Shown here: piece by piece, positions 1 to 9,744 of the stretch | Numbering within the stretch: position 1 is the stretch's first letter | Layout of the letters: the number at the start of each line of letters is the position of its first letter | Source of the DNA: a candidate division WOR-3 bacterium | GTDB taxonomy: Bacteria > Hydrothermota > Hydrothermia > B15-G9 > WFZT01 | Direction of reading: 5' to 3' | DNA: 64,000 nt | NCBI GenBank assembly: GCA_027053075.1 | Contig: JALUEE010000047.1 | Coordinates: forward strand, 11,155-75,154 | The notes under the pieces: model-generated | What the model was told of the DNA's origin: nothing | Databases searched by the model: none | What the model saw: only the letters and a program-made list of their open reading frames with translations | Program-made: the position numbers and the translations under genes

Positions 1-794
1 ATCTGACGCTTCAGAATCAAATTCCGATAGCTCTCCTTCACGTTTTCCCTGATGTCCATAATCACTGGATAAAAATCCACAATATAAAGCATTGGCTCGT
101 ATCCGTGGGCAAATTTATTCCCAATAAACCTCGCAATTTCAAATATTTTCTTGAATTGCTCCTCGCCTCCAAAGAGGAATGAAATCAAGTCCACCTCAAG
201 ACCGCGCTTCAAAAGCTGGTAAAAGGCCACTGATGAATCAAAGCCACCGGAAAAGAGAAGGTGTATCCTGCCCTCGGTCCCCACGGGCAAACCACCTGCT
301 CCCCTGACCTTTTCGACTATGTAAAACACTGTTTGGTCAACAATTTCCAATTCCACCGTAGTTTCTGGATTTTTAAGGTCCACTCCCGCTGAATATTCGT
401 ATAGACGTCCGCCGAGCGCCCTCTCAATGTCCATTGAACGAAAAGGATGCGTACCTGTTCTTTTGACCCTGACGGCAAACTTTTTACCCTTAACTTTTTC
501 TTTAAACAACTCTTCGCCGCGCTTTAATATATCATCAAGGTCGTGGAATTCTTCTTTAATGGCTATCTCTATCTGATTAATCCCAAACACATTTTTAAGG
601 GTTTCGAAGGCCTCTTTAGTTTCTTTTGTTTCGATAACAAACCTTCCCCTCATGTTTTTTATGGAATAGGCCTTGATACCGGATTTACTGAATGCGCTTT
701 TTACATTCTCAATCAGACGGTTTTCAAAGCGCTTCCTGATTTTTCGGGTTTTCAGGGTAATTTCACCGGGCTTTGCAATCAACACCTCAGTCAT
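1..794 (-). CDS. thiI: tRNA 4-thiouridine synthase ThiI, N-terminal part (gene runs off the window start)
   Basis: Hand translation of the minus strand from the ATG at 794 gives MTEVLIAKPGEITLKTRK..., with a THUMP-like N-terminus and the PP-loop SGGFDS. No stop codon occurs before the window edge, so it is absent from the ORF track. Confidence 0.6.
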   Translation of the reverse strand, partial: MTEVLIAKPGEITLKTRKIRKRFENRLIENVKSAFSKSGIKAYSIKNMRGRFVIETKETKEAFETLKNVFGINQIEIAIKEEFHDLDDILKRGEELFKEKVKGKKFAVRVKRTGTHPFRSMDIERALGGRLYEYSAGVDLKNPETTVELEIVDQTVFYIVEKVRGAGGLPVGTEGRIHLLFSGGFDSSVAFYQLLKRGLEVDLISFLFGGEEQFKKIFEIARFIGNKFAHGYEPMLYIVDFYPVIMDIRENVKESYRNLILKRQ

Positions 795-1878
795 AGATAC
801 CACCTCCATGCATGATCTGTGAGAAAGCAGAGGTTGATTCAAGGAAAACCTTCTCAAACTCCAGAATGTGTTTAGTCCCCTCACGGTAAATTTTAACAAC
901 TCTAACTTTCAAATTCTGGGAAACATTTTTAATGTGGTCGAGAAACATTGCAAGGTGTGCATCGTCGTTAAATCTAAGTCTGTAGGTGTAGGAAATTCTT
1001 CCCTTTTCCTTAAATTTCCTTATGCCGCGCATGAATCCTTCAATAAAGGCTCTTCCAACTCTTTTAAAGAATTCTTCATCAGGCTCTATGCCAAATTCAT
1101 CGAGGGCAAAGCCTATGCGGGCTATCCGGGAAGTGTAGAAATTCCCCGGCATCTCCAAGATTAACCATGAATCTGCGTCAATGTCAGAAACATTTATGTT
1201 GATGGTTGTGTATTTCACAACCTTCTCGGGACTTTTCATAATGATACCCTCGATTCCTTCATCGTTTAGCTTTTGAACAATCTCACGGATAGCCTCTGCC
1301 TGAGATGGTGAGAAACGCCCGAATCTCCTTACCTGCGGGATGTTGTATTTTTCAAGGAGTTCATAGCGAGTTTCAGGTGGGAGCGGTTTTCTTTCTCCAA
1401 CCTTAAACACATCGAAGGCAAAAAATTGGACATCCTCCTTGATATATGGGGGGTAAACCTCAATATAAGGGTTCTCAGGCCCTGCTATTTCACCGGCAAT
1501 GACAAGGTCTGGATTGTCATTAAAGAATTTCTCAAAATCTGCGAAGTCACGGAGGCGGTCTGTTGAAAATGGACAGACGAATCCACCGCGCGTAATAGCC
1601 ACTATATGGCCTTTTAGCTTTGCAATGCGAACATTATATCCATCCACCTTTTCCTCGACGAAAAATGGCTTTTTGAAATGAGCTTTAATCCCCTCACGAA
1701 GTCTCATTATCCTCATAATTGAAGGGTAACTAAATATGACTTTTTCTCCAGATATCATCGTTCCACGCTTATATTTGCCCATGTCATCAGAGATGCGGTA
1801 ATAGTGAAGATCGAAGTAATCACCCTCATCTAATACACCTTTATCAAGCGCTCTTTTTAGAATTTCAGATATTGCCAT
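787..1878 (-). CDS. ATP-dependent RNA ligase, Rnl3/Pab1020-like
   Basis: Nucleotidyltransferase motif I KVDGYNVR (KxDGxNxR) is present. The size (363 aa) fits the archaeal-type RNA ligase family. The stop codon overlaps the thiI start. Confidence 0.55.
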   Translation of the reverse strand: MAISEILKRALDKGVLDEGDYFDLHYYRISDDMGKYKRGTMISGEKVIFSYPSIMRIMRLREGIKAHFKKPFFVEEKVDGYNVRIAKLKGHIVAITRGGFVCPFSTDRLRDFADFEKFFNDNPDLVIAGEIAGPENPYIEVYPPYIKEDVQFFAFDVFKVGERKPLPPETRYELLEKYNIPQVRRFGRFSPSQAEAIREIVQKLNDEGIEGIIMKSPEKVVKYTTININVSDIDADSWLILEMPGNFYTSRIARIGFALDEFGIEPDEEFFKRVGRAFIEGFMRGIRKFKEKGRISYTYRLRFNDDAHLAMFLDHIKNVSQNLKVRVVKIYREGTKHILEFEKVFLESTSAFSQIMHGGGIYD

Positions 1879-2165
1879 ACTTACATTATACTGTCAAACC
1901 CCAAGCTTTTGAATTGGAGAGGGTACAAAAACGTTATCTTCTCCCTCATATCCTTGGCCACCCAATACATATGGAAAAGTCCGAAAAGAAAATTGCTTTT
2001 AACAACTGGATTCCTTACGAGAAACTCACTCTTTCAAGAGCTCACTTAAAAATCCACTCAATTCATCCTCAGGTAAAACTCACAAGGGATCCTTAAATTC
2101 TCGCGCAGATTTCTGATTCAGCAAACCGCTTTTAGTATAAATCTCTGTTGAGCTAATCTGATGAG

Positions 2166-2194
2166 TTGACAATGTTTTTTGTTTTTGTTAATAT
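2166..2194 (+). promoter_or_regulatory. sigma-70-type promoter for tRNA-Pro (TTGACA-17 nt-TAATAT)
   Basis: A near-consensus -35 and -10 with 17-nt spacing sits about 15 nt upstream of the tRNA 5' end. Confidence 0.5.
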
Positions 2195-2210
2195 TTCCCC
2201 ACGACAAAGT

Positions 2211-2285
2211 CGGGGCGTAGCGCAGCCCGGTTAGCGCGCCTGCCTTGGGAGCAGGAAGTCGGTGGTTCAAATCCACTCGCCCCGA
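2211..2285 (+). tRNA. tRNA-Pro (anticodon TGG)
   Basis: A cloverleaf can be parsed by hand: acceptor CGGGGCG/CGCCCCG, anticodon stem CCTGC/GCAGG with loop CTTGGGA, and T-arm GGTGG-TTCAAAT-CCACT. Confidence 0.85.
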
Positions 2286-2314
2286 CTTTAAAAACTGCTA
2301 AACGGAGGGGTTTG

Positions 2315-2755
2315 ATGAACATTCTAACTTCCAGTGTGGCAGTTGACCTTTTCAAAGACCTTCTTTCCCAGCTTTCAAAAAAGATTCTTCAGGCAAAAGA
2401 CGTTCTCGATAAAATAAAATCCGACCCCCAACTTGAGCTGGAATTAAAAAAGCTTGCACAGAAACAACTTGAACTGGAAATAGAACGAGAGAAAATTGCT
2501 CAGCAAGATAGGGCAAGTGCACGTGAACTTGCAAAAGTTGACGTAATGTCTGATAACTTTCTCTCAAAAAACATCCGCCCCATCACCCTCCTCGTCATCC
2601 TCATGATTCTTGTGATCTACGCGATAACAGGCCGAGAGCTACCTACCGAGATGAAAGGCCTTTTTGAGCTCGTTTTCCTCTTTTATTTTGGCGGAAGGTC
2701 TATTGAGAAGGTAGCTGCAATGATGGCAAAAGGGAAAATGATGCCCAAAGGTTAG
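2315..2755 (+). CDS. hypothetical coiled-coil protein with C-terminal transmembrane segment
   Basis: The ORF has a GGAGGGG RBS before the ATG at 2315. It has an N-terminal charged coiled-coil region (ELELKKLAQKQLELEIEREK) and one hydrophobic helix (ITLLVILMILVIYAI). Confidence 0.4.
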   Translation: MNILTSSVAVDLFKDLLSQLSKKILQAKDVLDKIKSDPQLELELKKLAQKQLELEIEREKIAQQDRASARELAKVDVMSDNFLSKNIRPITLLVILMILVIYAITGRELPTEMKGLFELVFLFYFGGRSIEKVAAMMAKGKMMPKG

Positions 2756-3735
2756 ACCACTCTTGCACGCATAAGGTCGTGCAGGTGGATAATACCTATG
2801 GGATGGCGCTTCTCATCTACAACGATGAGAGCTGTGACACCGTACTGCTCCATTAATCTCGCTGCTTTCGTAGCGAGTTCATTTTTGGTAATAACCTTTG
2901 GATTCCTGGTCATCACATCTCTGGCATGAAGCTTAAAAATGTCCTTTTTGTTGGTAAGCTCCTTTTCAAGAAGCCTTCGAAGGTCTCCATCAGTAAACAC
3001 CCCGACCACACGTCCCTCATCATCAACCACACTCGTAATTCCACGCTTTGAAGTCATCTCGAGGATAACCTCTTCCATTGTAGCATCTTCTTTCACGATC
3101 GGAACGTGTTTCTCACCAGTAAGCATCATATCCTCAACACGCACCCAGAATTTTTTCCCAATGGCACCTCCTGGATGAAGTTCGGCAAAGTCATCAAGCT
3201 TAAAGTCCTTCTTGTAGGCAAGAGCAATGGCCAGTGCATCACCAATGGCCATCGTAAGGGTTGTTGAAACTGTCGGTGCAATATCGTAGGGACACGCCTC
3301 TTTAACATTGGGCAAAACAATTAGTACATCAGCATGTTTCGCAAGCTCGGAATTTCTGTTCGCAGTTATAGCGATAATCGGAATATCCCACCTCTTGAAA
3401 AGCGGAATAAGTGTATAAAATTCATCGGAGTTTCCACTTTTGGAAATGGCAAGAATCACGTCATCCTTGCTCACAATTCCAAGGTCTCCGTGAAGGGACT
3501 CAGTGGGGTGGAGAAATATCGCAGGTGTTCCAAGGCTTGTCATTGTAGCTGCAATCTTTTTCCCCACTATTCCAGACTTTCCGATACCTGTCACAATTAC
3601 TCTGCCTTGCCTCTTCAAAATAAGCTCAACGGCTCTTACAAACTCATCCCCAATGGTCTTTTCAAGTCTTATAAGACCAAGTTTTTCTCTCCTTATAACT
3701 TCTCTTGCTATTTCTAAAATCTCTTCGCTATCCAT
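2752..3735 (-). CDS. kdsD: arabinose-5-phosphate isomerase (SIS plus tandem CBS domains), KdsD/GutQ family
   Basis: An SIS motif (VIVTGIGKSGIVGKKIAATMTSLGTPAIFLHPTES) is followed by C-terminal CBS repeats. Confidence 0.8.
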   Translation of the reverse strand: MDSEEILEIAREVIRREKLGLIRLEKTIGDEFVRAVELILKRQGRVIVTGIGKSGIVGKKIAATMTSLGTPAIFLHPTESLHGDLGIVSKDDVILAISKSGNSDEFYTLIPLFKRWDIPIIAITANRNSELAKHADVLIVLPNVKEACPYDIAPTVSTTLTMAIGDALAIALAYKKDFKLDDFAELHPGGAIGKKFWVRVEDMMLTGEKHVPIVKEDATMEEVILEMTSKRGITSVVDDEGRVVGVFTDGDLRRLLEKELTNKKDIFKLHARDVMTRNPKVITKNELATKAARLMEQYGVTALIVVDEKRHPIGIIHLHDLMRARVV

Positions 3736-4279
3736 TTAGCTTTATCACCTTCAGTTTCTCATAAATTGGACCTTCAGGGGTAAGGGTGGATTTAAAAAGA
3801 ATGAGCTCGTTTACGGTAAATGGAGGAATATTAAGCTCAGTTTTGAAATCAGTAGGCCTGAAACGTCTTTTTGAATGCTTTCTTGCCCTTGCAACAGTGA
3901 GGTGTGGCACAAACGGCCTCCTATCACGGGGGAATCCGAGTTTTGCTGTAAGATTCTCCACCTTTTTGGCAAGCTTCTCTATTTCACGATTTCCCCTGTC
4001 TATTCCTATCCAAAGAACTCTCACACTTCCATGATCAAGGAAACTTCCAAGCCCACCCAACTTTACCTCAATCTTTTTTTCTTTCTTTAATGATTCCAGT
4101 TCACGGGCAAGTTTTTCTACTTGATTCTCGGGTATTTCTCCTAAAAATTTGAGCGTAAGGTGTAGATTATCCCTCGTAACCCACTTCAACTCGGGTTTCT
4201 CCTGCATTTCCTTTTTCAGGTCTGAATAAATACGAGATTTAACCTCTGGCGGGAATTCAAGAGCTATAAAACAACGCAT
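3728..4279 (-). CDS. thpR: RNA 2',3'-cyclic phosphodiesterase / 2'-5' RNA ligase (2H phosphoesterase, ThpR/LigT)
   Basis: Two HxT motifs (HLTLKFLG and HLTVARA) are present. The size (183 aa) fits the family. Confidence 0.7.
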   Translation of the reverse strand: MRCFIALEFPPEVKSRIYSDLKKEMQEKPELKWVTRDNLHLTLKFLGEIPENQVEKLARELESLKKEKKIEVKLGGLGSFLDHGSVRVLWIGIDRGNREIEKLAKKVENLTAKLGFPRDRRPFVPHLTVARARKHSKRRFRPTDFKTELNIPPFTVNELILFKSTLTPEGPIYEKLKVIKLNG

Positions 4280-4381
4280 GGTTGAAAATTTTAAAGTTTT
4301 AGCGCCTTTTATGCAAAATCAGTTGACATACCTGACTAAATTAGTTAATTATTATTCCCAAAATCCCCAAGGAGGTAGGAA

Positions 4382-5341
4382 ATGGAACTGATTTTTGGAA
4401 TGCCAACTGAGGAGCAGACTTCTGGCAAAAAAGACTTTGATATAATAATAGTTGGAGGTGGACCTGGTGGTTTATCCGCAGCAATTTATGCATCTCGCGC
4501 AGGGCTTGACGTTCTTGTACTGGAAAAGGACGTTGCCGGTGGACTCGTGGGTGAGGACCCACTTGTGGAGAATTATCTTGGATTCCCAAGTATAAAGGGA
4601 GAGGACCTTGCAGCAAAATTCAAAGAGCACGCCTCACAGTATGCAGAAATTCACGAAGGCGAGGGTGTGGATGAGGTAAAAAGAGACGGTGAAAAATTTG
4701 TCGTCAAGACTTTCAAAGGAGAATACACTGCTGATGCTCTTATAATCGCCACAGGAACCACTCATAAACATCTGAACATTCCGGGAGAAAAAGAGTATGA
4801 TGGACGTGGGGTATCCTACTGTGTTACATGTGATGGATTTCTTTATAAAGGAAAGCCTGTCGCTGTAATTGGCGGTGGTAATTCAGGAGCCATTGCTGCC
4901 ATCACATTAAAAGAGATTACACCCAAAGTAACAGTGATCGAGTTTATGCCCAAATGGATGTGTGAGAAGGCGTATCAGAAAAAAATTCAGGAACTCGGTA
5001 TAGATTACTGGATGAATTCTCAGGTTGTGGAAATTTTTGGGGACGGAAAGAAGGTTAAAGGTGTCAAGGTGAAGGATCGTGCTACAGGCGAAATAAAGGA
5101 GCTCCAGGTTGATGGAGTATTTATCTATGTGGGACTCATCCCTCAAAATGAAGTTGCGAAACAGCTTGGAGTGGAGCTGGATGAGAGGGGGTACATAAAA
5201 GTTGACAAAAATCAGAGAACAAGTGTTCCAAAGGTTTATGCCGCCGGAGATATCACAGGTGGTCAGGCGCAGATAATTGTGGCTGCAGGTCAGGGAGCAG
5301 TTGCAGCCCTATCAGCATATGAAGATTTGAGACTTAAGTAA
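4382..5341 (+). CDS. trxB: thioredoxin-disulfide reductase
   Basis: FAD-binding motif GGGPGG and NADPH motif GGGNSG are present, along with the redox CVTCDG motif. Confidence 0.85.
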   Translation: MELIFGMPTEEQTSGKKDFDIIIVGGGPGGLSAAIYASRAGLDVLVLEKDVAGGLVGEDPLVENYLGFPSIKGEDLAAKFKEHASQYAEIHEGEGVDEVKRDGEKFVVKTFKGEYTADALIIATGTTHKHLNIPGEKEYDGRGVSYCVTCDGFLYKGKPVAVIGGGNSGAIAAITLKEITPKVTVIEFMPKWMCEKAYQKKIQELGIDYWMNSQVVEIFGDGKKVKGVKVKDRATGEIKELQVDGVFIYVGLIPQNEVAKQLGVELDERGYIKVDKNQRTSVPKVYAAGDITGGQAQIIVAAGQGAVAALSAYEDLRLK

Positions 5342-5350
5342 TTAAAATTT

Positions 5351-5379
5351 GGGGCTCCCGCGCTCCGCGCGGGAGCCCC
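5351..5379. terminator. GC-rich hairpin between convergent trxB and rluB (stem GGGGCTCCCGCGC, loop TCCG)
   Basis: A perfect 12-13 bp stem with a UCCG loop lies between two convergent stop codons. Confidence 0.5.
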
Positions 5380-5390
5380 AATAAAAATTT

Positions 5391-6143
5391 TCAGCTCCTC
5401 CTTCTCTTCTCCATCTTGAGCTTCCTGATATCCGCTCTCGATAACTTAACCATTTCACCTGGTTTTAAATTTGGTGGAAGTATGTAATTTCCAATGCGAA
5501 TTCTCTTTAATTTTTTCACCTCGAATCCCAGTTTCTTGAAAATTCTTCTGATTTCGCGCTTCTTACCTTCCCTCAGTACGATTTTGAAGACTCCACTCGT
5601 TCCTGTGGAGTGAAGAAGTTGAACCTTGTGGGGTTTCAAAAAAGCATGATCCACATAAACTCCCTTACTCAAACGTTTGATAACGTCACGATTTATCTTT
5701 CCCCCTTCCACACTCACAATATACTCCTTCTCTATCTGATACCTCGGGTGTGTAAGAATGTTCGCCAGTTTTCCATTATTTGTAAGAATCATCAAACCTT
5801 CTGAATCCCGGTCAAGTCTCCCAACCGGGAATACCCTTTTGCTGATATCTTTCACATAGTCGGCTATGGTTTTCTCAGCATGCTTATCATACAAGGTGCT
5901 TGAAACACCCGCAGGCTTATAAAAGGCAAAAGTTGTGTCGCTATGGTCCTCAAGTTTTATCTGCTTTTTACCAATATAGACAGTGTCCCTTTCAGGGTCT
6001 ACCTCAAACCAGGGCTCTCGAACAACCTTTCCGTTTACCCTGACACGTCCATCTATAATAGCCCTGTCACAGAATCTCCTGGAGCCGACTCCTGCCTTTT
6101 GTAGAAAAGTTCTAAGCTTCATAGGCGTAAAGTATAACCTCAT
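5391..6143 (-). CDS. rluB: pseudouridine synthase, RsuA/RluB family, with N-terminal S4 domain
   Basis: The S4-like N-terminus is present, along with the catalytic motif VGRLDRDSEGLMILTNNG. Confidence 0.8.
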   Translation of the reverse strand: MRLYFTPMKLRTFLQKAGVGSRRFCDRAIIDGRVRVNGKVVREPWFEVDPERDTVYIGKKQIKLEDHSDTTFAFYKPAGVSSTLYDKHAEKTIADYVKDISKRVFPVGRLDRDSEGLMILTNNGKLANILTHPRYQIEKEYIVSVEGGKINRDVIKRLSKGVYVDHAFLKPHKVQLLHSTGTSGVFKIVLREGKKREIRRIFKKLGFEVKKLKRIRIGNYILPPNLKPGEMVKLSRADIRKLKMEKRRRS

Positions 6144-6179
6144 TCCGGGGATTTTTCCGTTGGCTTCGTGGGGAGAAAG

Positions 6180-6251
6180 TGGACCCGGTGGGACTTGAAC
6201 CCACGACCTGGTGACTGCCAGTCACCCGCGCTCCCACTGCGCCACGGGCCC
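6180..6251 (-). tRNA. tRNA-Ala (anticodon GGC)
   Basis: The reverse complement folds as a tRNA with the G3:U70 alanine identity pair and anticodon loop CTGGCAG. Confidence 0.75.
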
Positions 6252-6257
6252 ACGAAA

Positions 6258-6330
6258 TGGGCCGTGCAGGACTCGAACCTGCGACCCCCTGATTAAAAAT
6301 CAGGTGCTCTACCACCTGAGCTAACGGCCC
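6258..6330 (-). tRNA. tRNA-Lys (anticodon TTT)
   Basis: The reverse complement is GGGCCGT...CCTGA-TTTTTAA-TCAGG...GCAGG-TTCGAGT-CCTGC-ACGGCCC-A. Confidence 0.8.
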
Positions 6331-6862
6331 TGCAGGTGCATATTCTAATGTCTCACCTACCTCTTTTCAATAGATTGGGGAACGTGTTCGAAAAATTTCA
6401 ATTTATCCGAAATTTTAAGAGGAATTCCCCCCACCTCTATCCTCTCCCCACACACGAAGTGCGTGGGGAGAGGATAGGAGAGAGGAAGCATTTTCAAACT
6501 TTTTCATAGACTAAAAGTGGAGAAAGTAACACCCCCCTTGATAAATAATTTTCTGCTCTATTCTTTTCCGAAACTTTTACACAAGGTGGCCTGCTCATGC
6601 ATGGATGATTCTTTCACTTGGAAGTCACCGATTTGTCGCATTTTATGCTATAAAGACACCTATGTAATAGAACTTCTTTAGAATACAGGCGTGTTGGAAT
6701 TGTTTGTGAGGCCCGCGCACGAAGTGCGCGGGCCTCACAAATTAAGAAATTTCCCCTTAAAATCAACCAATTTGAAATTTTTCAACCAGGCTCTCAAAAT
6801 ATTGACAGTTGGTCATAATATGGTCTAAGATGAGGTTTGTTTAACCAAAAAGGAGGTCTGTC

Positions 6863-7903
6863 ATGGAGGATAAAAAAATAACAAGAAGGGAGTTCCTCAA
6901 AAAAGGAGCAGTCATAGGAGGGACCGCGGTTGTGGGGTCAACCTTTAGCTTCGGTATCCTTTCTGCAAAAAGTCCTAAAATCACACTGACCTTCTCAACC
7001 ATGTTCCCTACCTCATACTTCTGGACTCCTGTGGCACAGAAATGGACAAAGTATGTTGAAGAGAAATCCAACGGTGAGGTTAAATTTAATTTCTTCCACA
7101 GTGGCCAGCTCTTTAAGGCAAAGGCCGAGCTCCCGGCGCTTCAGAGGGGCGAGATTGATGTCTCGATTCCAAATGCAAACTACCAGTCAGGAACAATTCC
7201 TGGCTCTGATGTGGGAGCACTACCATTCCTCCTGAGAGACGAAGACGATGCATGGCATGTTATTCAGGAAGGGCTCTGGGATATAGGTCTGAAGCAGAAA
7301 TGGCTTGAAAAGGGCATCAGAGTTCTCGCCGAGACACCGGGTGGAATGTACCAGTTTGGTAATCTCCGCCATGAGATTAAGGGTCCAGACGATGTAAAAG
7401 GTCTCATCTGGGCAGTCTCAAGTAAGGCCCACGCCAAGGCAATTGAAGTCCTCGGTGGTTCACCCACCTTCATGTCCTCTGGAAGACTTTACACCGCATT
7501 CCAGAGAAAAACCATTGATGGATGCCTGAGACCTTACCTTACGTACACCGGTAGAAAACTATACGAAGTTATGAAGTACCTCACCGTGGCAAACGTTGGA
7601 AACTACACCATCCTTCTTGCCTTCAACAACAAGAGATTTAAATCCCTGCCAAAAGATATACAGAACCTGCTCCAGTCATCGGCCCACAAGTGGGCAGAAT
7701 GGTCATTTGCAGGCGTCAAAGACACAAAGGCAAAGGCTCTGAAGATATTCAAAGAGCACGGAATGAAAGTTCATATCCTCGACGACGCCGCGTTCAATGA
7801 GTTCAAGAGCAGACTGACCTCAGTGTATGACTGGTGGATCAAGCAGGTTCCAGACGGAAAGAAATACATCGACTTCATAGAGGCACATCACCTGAAAAGA
7901 TAA
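6863..7903 (+). CDS. dctP: TRAP transporter substrate-binding protein DctP family (Tat signal RREFLKKG)
   Basis: A twin-arginine signal is present, the size matches DctP, and the permease genes follow. Confidence 0.75.
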   Translation: MEDKKITRREFLKKGAVIGGTAVVGSTFSFGILSAKSPKITLTFSTMFPTSYFWTPVAQKWTKYVEEKSNGEVKFNFFHSGQLFKAKAELPALQRGEIDVSIPNANYQSGTIPGSDVGALPFLLRDEDDAWHVIQEGLWDIGLKQKWLEKGIRVLAETPGGMYQFGNLRHEIKGPDDVKGLIWAVSSKAHAKAIEVLGGSPTFMSSGRLYTAFQRKTIDGCLRPYLTYTGRKLYEVMKYLTVANVGNYTILLAFNNKRFKSLPKDIQNLLQSSAHKWAEWSFAGVKDTKAKALKIFKEHGMKVHILDDAAFNEFKSRLTSVYDWWIKQVPDGKKYIDFIEAHHLKR

Positions 7904-7940
7904 AGCAGTAAGCGGATTATAGCTTAGAACCTGTGTCACT

Positions 7941-8429
7941 ATGAAAAAGATAGTGAGGATTATTGACCAGATTAACGAGTACATGGGGATTATTACGGGA
8001 CTCACTATTTTTATTCTCCTTGTACTCGCAACGTGGGGGGTCTTCTCAAGGTACGTCTTGAGAAGACCCAGCCATATCGCTCTCGAGATCAGCGGATATC
8101 TCATGGTTGCTATTACCTTCTTTGGCTCGGGCTACATCCTTCTAAAAAGTAAACACGTGAACGTACAGGTTCTCACATCCAGAATCAGAGGGAAATTTAA
8201 AAAAATCCATGATTTATCAGTTAACATTCTCTTGTTCTTGTTTGTCCTGCTCGTTATTTACGAAGGTTTTGGTTTCACTATTCTTGCTTACAAAGAACAC
8301 TACCGTTCAACAAGCCTGCTTAATTTCCCCATGTGGATTGTCTATCTCTCCATTCCAATCGGAATGATATTTCTTCTATTACAGATCATCAGGAACATAA
8401 TTGTGCTCCTTTCAGGAGAAGAATCATGA
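7941..8429 (+). CDS. dctQ: TRAP transporter small permease
   Basis: This is a 4-TM protein of 162 aa lying between dctP and dctM. Confidence 0.7.
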   Translation: MKKIVRIIDQINEYMGIITGLTIFILLVLATWGVFSRYVLRRPSHIALEISGYLMVAITFFGSGYILLKSKHVNVQVLTSRIRGKFKKIHDLSVNILLFLFVLLVIYEGFGFTILAYKEHYRSTSLLNFPMWIVYLSIPIGMIFLLLQIIRNIIVLLSGEES

Positions 8430-9730
8430 GTGCTGTAACAGTTTCCGTCATTGTACTTATCGTTTTCCTTGCAGTGCTGTTTTATGGAGTGCCCGTTTTT
8501 GCCTCTCTCGGAATTGCCAGTGTAGTGGGGATTTTGATAATGAATGGTGTCGGTGGGCTCAGCGTGATTCCGGAGATATTCTATGAGAAAATGGATAACT
8601 TCGTGCTTATTGCGATTCCGCTATATATTTTGATGGGGGAGATTCTATTTCACACTGGAATTGGTGCTGACCTTTACCAGATGGCGGCTCGATGGACCAA
8701 CTGGCTGCCAGGTGGACTCGCAATGGGAACGGTGGTCGCAAGTGCCGTTTTCGGAGCTATGTGTGGTGTAAGCGTGGCTGGAGCTGCTACCATCGGAGCC
8801 TTCGCCATACCGGAAATGCTCAAGAGGGGGTATGACCGCTCCCTTGCCTCAGGCTCTGTTGCCGCTGCCGGCGCCCTGGCCCTGCTCATCCCTCCAAGTA
8901 TCGGATTTATCATTTATGGCGCAATTGCTGATGAATCAGTAGGACGCCTGTTTATCAGCGGAATAGTGCCCGGCATAATCCTTGCCATCTTCATGATGAT
9001 TTACATTTACGTGTATGTCTCATTGCATCCTGAAAAAGCTCCTCCTCCAAAGGAGAAAATCACCTGGAAGATGAGATTCGAGAGTCTGCTCAGGTCGTGG
9101 ACGGCCCTTTTCCTCATTATTCTGGTGCTCGGAAGTATCTATACGGGTATTGCTACGCCCACCGAATCTGCCGCCATCGGTGCAGTGGGAGCTTATTTCC
9201 TTGCTATCTTTGTGTACAGGTCAATGAACTGGAAGATATTCATGGAAATCCTGCTTTCCACCATGAAAACTACGGGAATGATTCTTTTAATTTTCGTAAA
9301 CGCAATGCTCTTTGGATACGTTATTACACGCCTACAGCTCCCACAGCAACTCGCCATGTATGTGGCCAATGCCCACATGTCCAAGTATCTGGTACTGGCA
9401 TTGATCGTGCTACTACTGATCTTTCTTGGCATGTTCATTGATGGAACATCTGTGATTCTTATCTCGACGCCAATTCTGCTGCCTACCATTCTGCTCATGG
9501 GCTACGACAAAATCTGGTTTGGTGTGATAATGATGATAACCATTGAGATGGCAGTGATTACACCGCCTGTGGGTTTAAACCTTTACGTGATCAAGAGTAT
9601 TGCGCCGGAGGAAGTTACGCTCAAAGACATAATCACCGGGGCACTCCCCTTTGTATTGGTGGAAATTGCCTCGCTGATTGTATTTGTTATTTTCCCAAAA
9701 CTTGCTCTATGGTTGCCGAGTAAGATGTAG
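8426..9730 (+). CDS. dctM: TRAP transporter large permease
   Basis: It is a polytopic membrane protein. The start MSAVTV overlaps the dctQ stop (ATGA). Confidence 0.8.
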   Translation: MSAVTVSVIVLIVFLAVLFYGVPVFASLGIASVVGILIMNGVGGLSVIPEIFYEKMDNFVLIAIPLYILMGEILFHTGIGADLYQMAARWTNWLPGGLAMGTVVASAVFGAMCGVSVAGAATIGAFAIPEMLKRGYDRSLASGSVAAAGALALLIPPSIGFIIYGAIADESVGRLFISGIVPGIILAIFMMIYIYVYVSLHPEKAPPPKEKITWKMRFESLLRSWTALFLIILVLGSIYTGIATPTESAAIGAVGAYFLAIFVYRSMNWKIFMEILLSTMKTTGMILLIFVNAMLFGYVITRLQLPQQLAMYVANAHMSKYLVLALIVLLLIFLGMFIDGTSVILISTPILLPTILLMGYDKIWFGVIMMITIEMAVITPPVGLNLYVIKSIAPEEVTLKDIITGALPFVLVEIASLIVFVIFPKLALWLPSKM

Positions 9731-9744
9731 GTGGTTGGATGGGG

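Noticed and set aside
6112-6315. 67-aa ORF on the minus strand
   Set aside because: It overlaps tRNA-Ala and tRNA-Lys completely. A Gly/Ser/Pro-rich translation of tRNA sequence is not a gene.
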